Source: Octopus sinensis
Lineage: Eukaryota
Reading direction: 5' to 3'
NCBI RefSeq assembly: GCF_006345805.1
Contig: NC_043003.1
Location: 28,024,001 to 28,088,000 of the forward strand
Length of the DNA stretch: 64,000 nucleotides
How positions within the stretch are numbered: the first letter of the stretch is position 1; every line of letters starts with the position of its first letter. The notes under the pieces are model-generated. The model did not search any database, had not been told where the DNA came from, and saw only the letters and a program-made list of their open reading frames with translations. This document shows, piece by piece, positions 49,799-62,760 of this stretch. A program made the translations under genes and the position numbers.

Positions 49799-52044
49799 TA
49801 CACAGAAAAGAAACACAGAAAGAAACAAGGAGAGAAAAAAATATATATATATATATATATACATTTATATACACCGTTAGCAACAGAATGTCTCTTTGCT
49901 AACGATAGCTGCAATAATTAGCGGATTAAAATACATTAAAATATTGCCAGGAATATCTTTGCACGTGTGCACACACACACATGATGTATAATGCATTTTT
50001 TTTATTTTTACCAGATATCGATATCTATATTATTTAGTAGTAGTAGTAGTAGTAGTGTGAACTATCTTAAAATATTGACCGCTTATATATATGTCTAGAG
50101 AATTATGTTCACACACACATAGTTACATAGCAACTCAGTTTCCTTCCGATATTTCTGGTTTCAATGGTTAGAAACACAAAATACATTCCAGTACTGACCA
50201 CATATTCTTTTATTTGTTCCAGTCATTTGATCATGCTCCTGCTGGGGCATTGCTTTCTAGGATTTATTCAGTCAAATTGACCCCCGTGTTTCTTCTTAAG
50301 TCAGGTACTTATTCTCTTCGTTTCTTTTCGCTGAACTGCTCACTAAGTGGGGGAGGTGATGTAAACAAACCAACAGCAGTTGTGATGTGGTGAGACACGT
50401 ATACACATGTACATGAGTGCAGGCATGGTTGTGTGGTCAAGGAGTTTGCTTCCTAATCACAAGGTTTCTGGTTTAGTCCCACTGTGCAGCACCTTGTTCT
50501 GTGAGTGGATTTACTTGATGGAAACTGAAAGAAACCCATTGTGTGTGTGCATATGTGTGTGTGTGTGTGTGTGTGTGTACATGGCACTCTCTCAGTTATG
50601 ATGATGCTGGTTCCAGTTGATCTGATCTCTGCTGCCTAAAAGAAAGGAAATGTATTTAGCACTAGATATTATGTCTGAATAAAGGAAAGGGTGGTTATAG
50701 CAGGAATGTCTTTGAGCATAGATCTATTTGATAAGGGATGACCCAAGGCTAAACAGCAATTCTATGTGTGTGTTTGTATGCATGCCTCTCATCATCATCG
50801 TTTAACGTCCGCTTTCCATGCTAGCATGGATTGGATGGTTCAACTGGGGTCTGGGAAGCCAGAAGGCTGCACCAGGCTATAAATGAATAAGAATGAATAT
50901 GGGTGATATAGTGAAGGCATGGCCTAGTGGTTAGACTTGCACTCATGATTGCTAGATCACGGGTTTGAATCCCAGACCAGGCAGTGCATTATGTGCTTGT
51001 GCAAAACACTTCATTTCATGTTGCTCCAGTCCTCCTTTGGATCAGTGGGGAATGTTGGCCTGCTCGCCTAGCCAGCAGGGTGGCATAATTTGAAGGCTAA
51101 AACAATGCAAAGCACATTGCGACCAGTGACATAAAACAACACTTGATGGTCTGGTCAGTCATATGATTACGTGGGTGATATAAATATATAGATGAGTGTT
51201 GGTCTCTATACTCACAACACGTGTTTTGAGAAAGAAAATAAATACCCTCTATAGTCATCACCAGTGCTTTATGTCTGCTGTTCCATGCTGAGATGGGCTG
51301 GATGCGGTAGTGTAAGAGAGGGTACCTCAGGCAGCACTTTTATGAAAGCTTGTTTGCTGTATAAGCTTCTATCTGCTTCATGGGCCAGGTGGAGGAGTTA
51401 AATTCATGGGCTACCCCATTACCACCACCTCCATAACCCAGGTGGCATGCCCTCCAACTATACCATCAGCTGGACAGTTTCCTGAGGCAGTGTTTCTTTA
51501 TCTTTATAAAAGCTGGATGCCCCTCCTGTTGCCAATTCCATTATTCATCTCTTAAAATACACATGGACACAGTGTACTTAATTCTAAAATGCTGTGCTAG
51601 AAGTAGCAGCCAAACCTCCCTTAAACCATACTCTACCAGCTTAATCTTTTATCATTCAACCCAGCCATGTCAAGCCAAAATATTCTACATTTTATGTTCA
51701 AACCAGCCAGATACAGCCTTTCATACTTAATCTACAATGTCCTTCTAAAAATAAGCAATCACATCATATAAGATTTGATTATCATACAAGATAATCCAAG
51801 TTTAACTCAAAACAATGTAAGTCTCAATAAGCTTTACATTTGACAGAATAACCTGAATGCTAAAGGGTTAATAATACAAACACTTTATTTGACAGTTTAC
51901 AAAGCGTCAAGCATATGAAATGCACCTCTGTTGTAGCTGGTTCTTTTCTTGAACCTCAAACATCAATGATCTGATTTTGTATATAAGATGCAGGCTGATT
52001 TTGTGGGACCTTTTTTTTGAAGAAAATGAAAGTGCATCCTTTAA

Positions 52045-52264
52045 CCCTTTTGTTACTGTATTTATTTTGAGATGCTCTGTGTTTCTTTCTATTACTTTAA
52101 ATATAACAAAGAATTTAGCCAAATAACCTAGTTATCATTAAGCAAGTGTTAGGAACATAAATTGTGACTAAGGTTAGTGGAAGATTTTAATTCAGAACTT
52201 ATGAAAACAAGACATTTGTACCACAGAGCCAGAGGCAGTTTCAGCCGGGTTGGTATCAAAAGGG
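52045..52264. mobile_element. 220-bp piggyBac-type MITE (family M1), second copy
   Basis: TTAA at 52041-52044 and 52265-52268; TIRs cccttttgttac / gtatcaaaaggg; aligns end to end with 47326-47545. Confidence 0.9.
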
Positions 52265-52281
52265 TTAAGCTGTCAAATATG

Positions 52282-52467
52282 TTACTTTTCTTCTTTAAAC
52301 CAACTCGGACATTCCCTAACGATTGACCGCCTATAAGCGCTGTCACCCATAGCAGCAGGCAGATTTTCCAACATTATTCCACTATTTTGTATCAGTTGTT
52401 TGATGTATATGTGAATTGAGGTCTTCTTTTCTGCCTTTAGCCATGAGTAGGTTTCCATAGCAACCAC
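52282..52467 (-). pseudogene. Possible decayed mariner/Tc1 transposase N-terminal HTH fragment
   Basis: LKAEKKTSIHIY...AMGDSAYRRSIVRECPSWFKEE loosely resembles mariner L.AE....IH..L...GD.A.S...V..W...FK.G; no TIR or DDD domain found. Confidence 0.3.
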
Positions 52468-54256
52468 TATATGTTATACAATAGATACCAGTGTCCTAAA
52501 TTCATTATGTTGGGATGGGATGGGGGAGGAAAGACAGGATGGTCACAGCTGGAAATCCTTTGATCATAAAGTCAATTCGATTCGATTAAACCGTGGAGTT
52601 TGAACAACTACAATAATCGGCAATGAACTACCACTTCATCTAATGAAATATTTATCTCTTGTCTGCTTAACGACTTTACTAACAAACACTATGTGATCAC
52701 TTAATCTGCAAGAAATAACAGACAAATCTTTCTTTTAAATCACTTCTGATAGGCTTAAAGAAAAGAAGTGTATGCTGGATATTGTTACTCTAAATACATT
52801 GTACGAGAGAATGAAATTGGATGGGTGGTTAAGGTTGGAACATATGTGTGCTCATATGTTCCAACCATGCCCATTCCAACTATTTTTGGTTTTGGTTTTC
52901 TTTTCTTTTTATTGGGATTTGTGGGATGTTTAGTTGCTAATGTTTCCATAATTTCTGGGAATGATTCTGATGGTGGTAGTAATGATGGTTGACAATGATG
53001 ATGCCAATGCTTTTGATGATGGTGGTGGTAGTGGTGTTGATGATGGGTATCATGGCGATGATTGTGATGATGCCAATGTCGCTGATAGTGATGGGAATGA
53101 TGATCACAATAAGTTAACAGTGATGCTATCGCTCTTGCCACTGATGATGGTGATCATGGCAATGATGATGATGATGATGATGCTGATGATGGCTAATGAT
53201 GAAGGAGATGACTGTCTGTGTTAGAATGAATAAGAGTTTGAAATGGCTGAGGGCACAATTCCTTCATTGAAATTAAGTGAGGATTACGAAAATGTATTAT
53301 CTGTGTATGTGCATTCTCTCATGCGAGTACGCATTTTACAAGGGACCACTGCCATGCTCCTACCCCTCCTCCTCCTCAACCTCCTCTAGTTTTTCAGTAA
53401 CCGTGGTTACTGTAGTCATCATTGTCTGGCCAAACTTCTCTTCCAGACTTTACAGGAACTTTGGTATTTCCGACATAATGCTGTCTGCTATCTCTTCTAC
53501 CATCACCACCACCACCATCACTACCACCACCAATCTCCTCATCGCCTCCGTAATACAACAATTTACCAGAAATATTCAGTGGTGGTGATGATGGTCATGG
53601 TGGCAGTGGTGGTGATGGTCGTGGTAGTGATGCTGAGAGCAATATTTGCGATGGTGGTGGTGGTAGTTGTGATTATGGTGGTCACAATGGCAGTGATGAT
53701 ACCGCTTGTGGAGGAGGTGGTGATGATAGTGATGATGGTCGTAGTAATGCTGATAACAATGATGGTGGTGGTAGCTGTGGTGGTGGTGTGGTGGTGGTGG
53801 CGGTAGTAATGATATAGATGCTAGTAGTTATAGGTTATTTAGTGTTATTAAAGTGATGATAGGTCAGGGTAGATTGAGCAAAATGGAATAATGTGTGTGT
53901 GTGTGTATCTATATAAGTATAGAGATAGGTGTGTATACACGCATGCACACACACAGATTTTTGGAACAAAGGATTTCAAAGCACATAAAACTATAAATAC
54001 CATCTTAATATTGGTTTGAAAATTTCTTTGGATAAAAAAAAAAGTTGAAAGCTGCCAATGAGATTTAAACCCACATCTCCATTAGAAATGGCTGGGTGGT
54101 TAAGAAGCTTCCTCCTACTCACTCGGTTCGACATTCAATCCCCACTGCACGGTACCTCGGGCCAGTGTCTTGTACTACTGTACTATAACCCTGGGCAGGT
54201 CAAAGATGGAAACTAGTAGATGGAAACCGAAAGAAGCCCATTGTATATATTTATAT

Positions 54257-54465
54257 ACTCTTTACTTGTTTCAGCCATTTGACTGCTGCCATGCTGGAGC
54301 ACTGTCTTTAGTCGAGCAAATTGATCCCAGGACTTATTCTTTGTAAGCCTGTACCTTACTTATTCTATTGGACTCTTTTGCCAAACTGCTAAGTTACGGG
54401 GACGTAAACACACCAGCATCGGTTGTCATGTGATGTTGGAGGAGGGGACAAACATAGACGCAAAA

Positions 54466-54518
<53 letters not shown>

Positions 54519-54666
54519 TATGACGGGCTTCTTTCAGTTTCCACCTACCAAATCCACTCACAAGGCTTTGGTCGGCCCAAGGCTATAGTAGAAAACACTT
54601 GCCTAAGGTGCCACAGAACCATGTCGTTGGTAAGCAAGTTACTTACCACATAGCCACTCCTGCGCC
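54257..54666 (-). mobile_element. SINE family B copy
   Basis: Reverse complement of the family B consensus, full length. Confidence 0.88.
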
Positions 54667-55331
54667 TATATACATATGTATATATGTGTTGTGTTAGTGC
54701 CATGGATGTTGAAATGATGATGATGATACATATGCATGCACACACACACGCAAGTCACAAGGCCTGAAATTTTCTGGAGAAGGAGTAAGCTGATTTCATT
54801 GACCCCAGTGCTCAACTAGTGGAGATGTGTGGCTTATTGGTTAGGGTGTTGGACTCATGACTGTTAGATTGTGGTTTTGATTCCTGGATTGGGCGATACG
54901 TTGTGTTCTTGATCAAAACATTTAATTTCACGTCGCTCCAGTTCACTCAGCTGTCAAAAAAGAGTAATCCTATGACGGACTGGCGTCCCACCCAGGTGAA
55001 AGAATATATATGCCACAAAACCAGGAAATTGGCCATTATATGTTGGCATTGACTTGAAAAGGTAACTTTACCTTTACCAGTGCTCAATTGGCACTTCTTT
55101 TAGTGACTCTGAAAGGATAAAAGACAAAGTTGACCTCAGCAGAATTTGAACTCAGAATATAATGATTTGGAAGATATGCTGCAAAACATTTTGTCTGAGG
55201 TGCTAATGACTCTGCCAGCTCATTGCCTTCAAGTACACATTAATGATAAGATGCTGTTCTAGCAACACAGGCCACAGTCCAAGCCCATCCATACACACTA
55301 ATTTTCTCATATATATATCATCATATGTATG

Positions 55332-55367
<36 letters not shown>

Positions 55368-55450
55368 TAAATAAATAATTTTACCCTCACGGGATATCCT
55401 TTACTGGAAAGCAATACTCTCGTATTGCATTACTATTTTCATATATATGT

Positions 55451-55539
<89 letters not shown>

Positions 55540-55597
55540 TCATATATATATATGTATATATATCATCATATATATATATGTATATATATCATCATAT

Positions 55598-55630
<33 letters not shown>

Positions 55631-55823
55631 CTATATATATATATATTATATATATATATAATATATATATATATATAAATATGTATACATATATATATCA
55701 TCATCATCATATGTATACATAGATAGATAGATAGATATCTTATGTCATATCTTGCTTTCCATTTTATTTCACCAATTTCCTCTCTTCTTTCATCTCATAT
55801 CCTCTGTCCTTTTTGTTTCTCAG

Positions 55824-55929
55824 GAAGAAATTCAAGACCAGATCTGGAGACACGATACGTCTTCAGGACTTACTCCAGGAAGGGGTCCATCGTGCTGAAT
55901 TGAAACTGAAAGAGAAGGGACGTGATGAG
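55824..55929 (+). CDS. RARS1: Internal coding exon of cytoplasmic arginyl-tRNA synthetase (arginine--tRNA ligase), KMSKS-equivalent loop region
   Basis: An ~80-nt polypyrimidine tract and ...ttgtttctcAG acceptor (55822-55823) precede it and a GAG|GTAAAT donor follows (55930). It is 106 bp (1 nt + 35 codons) and translates without stops as [35 protein letters not shown], matching the metazoan ArgRS segment [34 protein letters not shown]. Confidence 0.93.
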
Positions 55930-55977
55930 GTAAATATATATATCTTTCCTTTTATATATACATATATATATATATGT

Positions 55978-56358
55978 GGCACAGGCATGGCTGTGTGGTA
56001 AGAAACTTGATTCCCAACCACATAGTTCTGGGTTCAGTTCCACTGTGTGGTACTTTGGGCAAGTATCTTCTACTATAGCCTCGGGTCGACCACAGTCTCA
56101 TGAGTGGATTTGGTGGACAGAAACTGAAAGAAGCTGGTTGTGTGTGTTTGTTTGTGTTTGTCCCCCTATCACCACCTAATACCTGGTGCTAGTGTGTTTG
56201 TGTCCCTGTAACTTAGCAGTTCAGCAAAAATCACCGATAGAATAAGTATCAGGCTTTAAAAAGAATAAGTCCTGAGATCGATTTCTTCAACTAAAAAACC
56301 CTGTAAGGTGGTGCTCTAGCATGGCTGCAGTCAAATGACTGAAATGAATAAAAGAATA
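55978..56358 (+). mobile_element. SINE family B copy 48 nt downstream of the RARS1 donor
   Basis: ggcacaggcatggctgtgtggtaagaaac...cagtcaaatgactgaaatgaataaaagaataaa. Further B copies or fragments at ~8488-8827(-), 24935-25090(+), 27515-27910(-), 48925-49085(+) and 50205-50580. Confidence 0.85.
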
Positions 56359-58739
56359 AAATATGTACATACATATATGGTATTGACCAGACTATCTGAT
56401 TTTGTTATACATCACTGGCTACCTTGTGATTTGCATTGTTTTAGCTTTCGAATGATGCCATCCTGCTGGCTTGGTGAGCAGACCTGATTGGAAGGCTATT
56501 CCATTACAGGGGCTACCCATTTACAGCTGAGTAAACTGGAACAGCATAAAAGGAAGTGGTTTGCTCAAGAACACAATTTGCCACCCTGTCCAGGTATTGA
56601 ACATGCAATCTAGCGATCATGAGTGCAACACCCCCTAACCACTAGGCCACATGAAGTCGAAGGCTGCCTTTGACTATTTCTATCTGAAAGTATTTTATCC
56701 AACCCTATATTTACCATCTTATTATTTATAGCATTATGTGCTTTGAAATCCTCTGTTCCAAAATAAAAAGTAATTTCACATCCTCTCAAAAATTTAGAAA
56801 TTCTTATGATGTCAATGCATCTATGTTTGTGCGTGTGTGTGTATTTATTTATGCATGTGTGTATATGTGTGTTTGTTTACATTTGCACTTCTCCGAAAAT
56901 GGCTGAACTGTTAGTGGCATCATCATTATTGTTATTCCCTCTGTTAGCTTCAAAAACATGAGGAATAAAAGAGATCAAAAGGATCCCCCTACATGAAAAA
57001 TAGTTCAGGGCTTGTAGTAGGCAGGGCGTGCAACTGTAAAACAATGCCTTGATAATACATACTAGCAGGATCTGTGGAAATTCTACCATGTAAATCTGCA
57101 TATTTGAATATCTATTCTCCCTTCTGCCGATGTACGTATCTTTCTATTCACAGAATACCGATAAGCATTTAAAACCTAATAACACCAAAGCAATTTTTAA
57201 AATATAAAAATATAATAGTGTTGCTCCTGCACGGCCACAGCCTTTGGTGTGGAACATATAAAAGATAAAAGGTTTAACATTTACAGCTATTTGTTAACTA
57301 AAGTTATTTGACTTTAATTGAACTATCTATTGATGTAACTTGTAATGCATATAAATTCATAGATTTTCATGACAACGCTTCATAATGTTAAACACTTTTA
57401 TTGTGTCTGCTATTTGAGCACACAAATACAGAATAATATGGGCCTTCTCCCTCTTTCTCTTGTGTTTTTTGTCTTTCAGATTTTTTTCACCTGTTCCACT
57501 ATTTCTGTTTCTTTGTATTCCCTTTTCCCCTCTACTTTTTATATATCTTTCTCTGAGTTATTACTTCCCTTGGTGTAACACATGGACAAAACAGCCTGAC
57601 TGCAGGAGCAACATGAGTAATATTATAATCCTTCTAACCCATGACAGCATAGTTAAATGAATGTAAAAATGAACCAGTAATTTTCGTAGGACAAATTGCC
57701 TTCATTGTTAGCTTCAGTTCTCTGTACACTGAGTTCAATTCCACTGAGGTCAGCTTTCCCTCAGAGTACCTGTACGGAATGCCTGCTTGACTGAATTCAG
57801 AGGTGTATGAGTTGTTGTTCAGACACATACCCAGGTATGTATACACTTGCATATATACACACTCATGCACACAGATACACTCAGCAACTTTATCATACAA
57901 AAATAAATGCATTTATTTTTGCATGATATGCACGCACTTTCACATATGAACATATGCACACAAACACACACACACTTCTACATATAAATATATAAACATG
58001 CACCTTTACAGGTAAATGCATGCATACTTTCACATCTAAACAAATATACTTACACAGACATACAGTAAATTATATACAAGCACATGCATCTTTACATACT
58101 CATGTGTATAAAACATGGATATAAACACACATATATATATATATACACACACACACATAGGGAGGCATATACACACTAACATACAGAGATGCAGATATGC
58201 GCTAACTTACATTCTAACTCATTCATCTGCACACTTGTGCATACACACACGCACACACATACACACCTGCATACATCCACATGCATCCAGTCAGACAGAT
58301 GTGCATACACAGACATATACACCCAGACACTCATCTGCACACAGACACATACAGATGTGCACACGTACACACCAACTCATTCATACGCGTATACACTGAC
58401 ATATATGTGCATTTAGCGAATGCACATACACACACACATGCACAGTTGCTCTGATGTGCAGTAAGCATGGCAGAGAACTGCTTAGATGTCTGTCTGAATT
58501 GCAATAGATGCAAGGAATCAAATACAACAGATCAAACATGTGCATAGCATTGCAATCAGAGATGCTGTGTGAATGGCACGGTAGAGACGGGTGGGTGGGT
58601 TAAGGGAGGGAGAGCAGTGTGAGGTGGGGTTGGGAGGAGCAAAGGGCACGATGGGGAGGCACAGGGCAGAAGAGAGCAGGAGATTTTTGAGTGGCGAGTT
58701 GGGTGTCAGGAAAGAAAAAGAATGCACTGAAAGTGTGTA

Positions 58740-58877
58740 TGTATGCACATATACGTGTGTGTGTGTGTGTGTGTGTGTAAACAAATGAAAGAAAAATATA
58801 TATAAATAAAAGAATATATATATATAAACAAATAAAAATTATATATACACACAAACAAAAAAATATATATTTATCAC

Positions 58878-58940
<63 letters not shown>

Positions 58941-59148
58941 AACAAAAGATATATATATATGTAAACAAATGAAAGATATGATATATATATATATTTACAT
59001 ATATATACACACACACACACATACATAGACAAAAGATATATTTATATATATAAACAAAAAAAGATATATATGTTTAATATAAATATATTCATACACATAG
59101 TATATGTGTGTATCTATAAATGTATATGTTTTTGTGTGTGCATATATG

Positions 59149-59210
<62 letters not shown>

Positions 59211-60315
59211 ATACACACATACGAATATTATGTATGTGCTTATACATGTGAAGTGGGTATCCACTTTTTTGTGTATGTATATGTTTACCTGTGTGTGCAT
59301 GTGTTTGTGTCAGTGAATGAGCAGTGTATGTGGTGCTTGCTTATGTATGAATGCATATTTCTATGTGTATACACATGTGTGTATGTGTGTGTTTTCATAT
59401 ACATATGTTAGTGTTTGTGTGTTGCTCTGAGTGTATGCGTTACGTACATGTGTGTACATTAGAGAATGCATTCAGAAATTATTGTCTCTATGTATGACTT
59501 CGTATCTTTATATGTGTACCCCTGTATGTCAACTGTGTGTATGGGTACATATGTGTATATATGTATGCCAATAAATATATACAGATGTTACTCTGTATAC
59601 ATGTATGTTTTCATGTGTATGTATGTATATATGTATGTATGTGTGTGTTTGTGTGTGCATACAAATATTAGTATGTGCATGATGTGTTTGTATGCATGCA
59701 TACATAATTTCTTATGTGCTTGTGTGTGCATTTGTATGTTAGGATGTGTGTGTGTCTGTGTGTCCACATTTTATGCTTATATGTGTGTGCACGATTAACA
59801 CTTATGCAAACATGTATGTGAGTTTGTGTTAGTATGTGTAATTTTTTTTTTTTACGTCTGTGTACAAGGAGCTGAGGTAGGAATGGTACTGTGATGTACG
59901 ACCAAAGAATGCTTTTGATGGAGGTGGAAAGGAGGGGGCTACGCAGGTGAAGACAGTGCATTGGAGGTGGTGGTGGTGGTGAGGGAGTCAGAGGAATAGA
60001 CAGGTGAAGTAGTTGGAGAAAATGATGATGATGATGAGGAAGATGAAGGGTAGTACAAACCCTGTTGGGGTGGTTTCCAAGCTAGAGGGTTGTTGTAATA
60101 GTAGTAGTAGTAGTGTAGATAGAAGTCTTAGACTGACGTGGGTGGAGAAGGAGGTATTTGAAGATAGTGCAGTGATGATTGTTGTTGGTGGTGGTTATAG
60201 CCATATTGATTGGTGTGTGGTGAATAGGGGAGTACACACATGTGTGCGTGTGTATATATATATATATACACACATACACATATTTATGCATATATATATA
60301 TATATACACACACAC

Positions 60316-60354
<39 letters not shown>

Positions 60355-60389
60355 CATACATATATATATATATAAATATATACATACAT

Positions 60390-60426
<37 letters not shown>

Positions 60427-60456
60427 TATACATACACCACATATATATATACATAC

Positions 60457-60491
<35 letters not shown>

Positions 60492-60857
60492 TATACATTA
60501 TAATATATATATATATACACATATATATATATTATATATATAATATATACATATATACATATATATATAATATATATATATATAGATATATATATATATA
60601 TATATACATACATGCATATATATATATATAAATATATACATACACATATATATATATATATATATACACATATATATATATAATATACATACACACACTA
60701 TATATATATATACACACATATATATATATATACACACACATATATATATGCATGCATATATATATATATAAATATATACATACATACACACACATAATAT
60801 ATGCATGCATAATATATATATAAATATATACATACACACACATATATATATGCATGC

Positions 60858-60893
<36 letters not shown>

Positions 60894-61420
60894 ACATATT
60901 TATGCATATATATATATATATAAATATATACATACAACACATATATATATATGCATGCATATATATATAATATAAATATATACATACACACACATATATA
61001 TATGCATGCATATATATATATATAAATATATACATACACACACATATATATATGCATGCATATATATATATATAAATATATACATACACACACATATATA
61101 TATGCATGCATATATATATATATAAATATATACATACACACACATATATATATGCATGCATATATATATATATAAATATATACATACACACACATATAAT
61201 ATGCATGCATAATATATATATATAATATATACATACACACACATAATATATGCATGCATATATATATATATAAATATATACATACACACACATATATATA
61301 TATATACATGCATATATATATATATAAATAAATATACACATACACACACATATATATATATATATATACATATATATATACACACACATACACATATACA
61401 CATGTATGTATTATATTCCC
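58740..61420. repeat. Compound (TA)/(CA)/(TG) microsatellite region including a 50-bp higher-order unit at 60961-61210
   Basis: The unit tatatatatatataaatatatacatacacacacatatatatatgcatgca is perfectly repeated at 61011, 61061 and 61111. Confidence 0.92.
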
Positions 61421-62344
61421 AGGTATATTTCAAAAGATTTCTTTCAAATCAAATCATTTCGAAGATTGGAGAATAAGGTAAGGATGAGGCTGGGTGTGGG
61501 CGGCAAAGAGAAGTGTGGCTGAGGGATGGGTGGGAATGGAAGAAGGAAAAGAAATAGGAGAAGGTTCGATAGCAGGAAAGGAGATATGGTAAAAGAAAAA
61601 GAAAAGATAAAAACAAAAAACACAAAAAAAAAAAAACTGGTGTGAGAAGGAAAAGAGAAAAGAAGAAACAAGTTATGATGAAGTGAGAGGAAAAAAGAGG
61701 GAAAAGAATGAGAGAAGGAGAGGAGGAGATTTATAAGGAATGAAAAATGCATATTGGAGAGAGAAAGTACAAGCTCTTGTCAACTTTTCTCGTTTGCTTT
61801 TCACTCTGGGCTGTCTTTTCTGCTTCTCTCCAGCTGGATTTCTGCTTCCTTGTAGTTTCCTTTTAAATATTGCTGCACTGTGTCATATGTTTCTTCAAGG
61901 GAGGCCTTCCTCTCTCTGGGTCGTGTTGGTTTTGAATTGTAACTTTGCTTTTTTCCTAGGTAAAGGTGTTGGACCTATGCAACCCCATTTTTACTCCTGG
62001 GAAGATGTGGTCCATATTAGTCTGGCCTCTGTCCTTTGACCTGTCCAGTGTGAGAGACCCTCCCAGCTGCTTGTGCTCCATTGGCATAGCTATCTAGGTT
62101 ATTGAGGCACACAAGCTGCCACATCATAGCTAGGACTGGACCATGTGGTGGACATATACAAATATACATATACCATGTTTGTCTATGGGTAGTGCAAGTA
62201 TTTTGAAAATACCTCACAGAGTGACGACCATGTCCTGCATTGTTACAGACTGTCATTTGGCAAGGCATGGCACCTGTCCAGTCACCCTGCCAGGAATATG
62301 AAGTCATTAGTCTGCAGCATGGTGGATTGTGAAGAGGCAGTAGG

Positions 62345-62760
62345 AGCAAATTGGCAGAATCGTTAGCACGCCGGGTGAAATGCTTAGTGGTATTTCGTCT
62401 GCTGTTACTTTCTGAGTTCAAATTCTGCCGAGTTTGACTTTGCCTTTCATCCTTTCGGATTCGATAAATTAAGTACCAGTTATGCACTGGGGTCAATGTA
62501 ATCGACTTAATCTGTTTGTCTGTCCTTGTTTGTCCCCTCTGTGTTTAGCCCCTTGTGGGTAGTAAAGAAATAGGTATTTCGTCTGCCGTTACGTTCTGAG
62601 TTCAAATTCTGCCGAGGTCGACATTGCCTTTCATCCTTTCAGGATTGATAAATTAAGTACCAGTTATGCACTGGGGTTGATGTAATCAGCTTAATCCCTT
62701 TGTCTGTCCTTTTTTGTCCCCTCTATGTTTAGCCCCTTGTGGGCAATGAAGAAATAAGTA
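62345..62760 (+). mobile_element. SINE family A with two tandem 184-bp body units
   Basis: Units begin gtatttcgtctg at 62390 and 62574; a third begins (gta) at 62758. Confidence 0.85.

Noticed and set aside
60082-61433. Long ORFs (up to 289 aa) rich in YI/CV/HT dipeptides; similar ORFs at 5.1-5.7, 15.1-16.5, 32.1-32.5, 34.8-36.5 and 58.6-59.9 kb
   Set aside because: They are translations of (TA)n/(TG)n/(CA)n microsatellites that lack stop codons in some frames; no protein signal.
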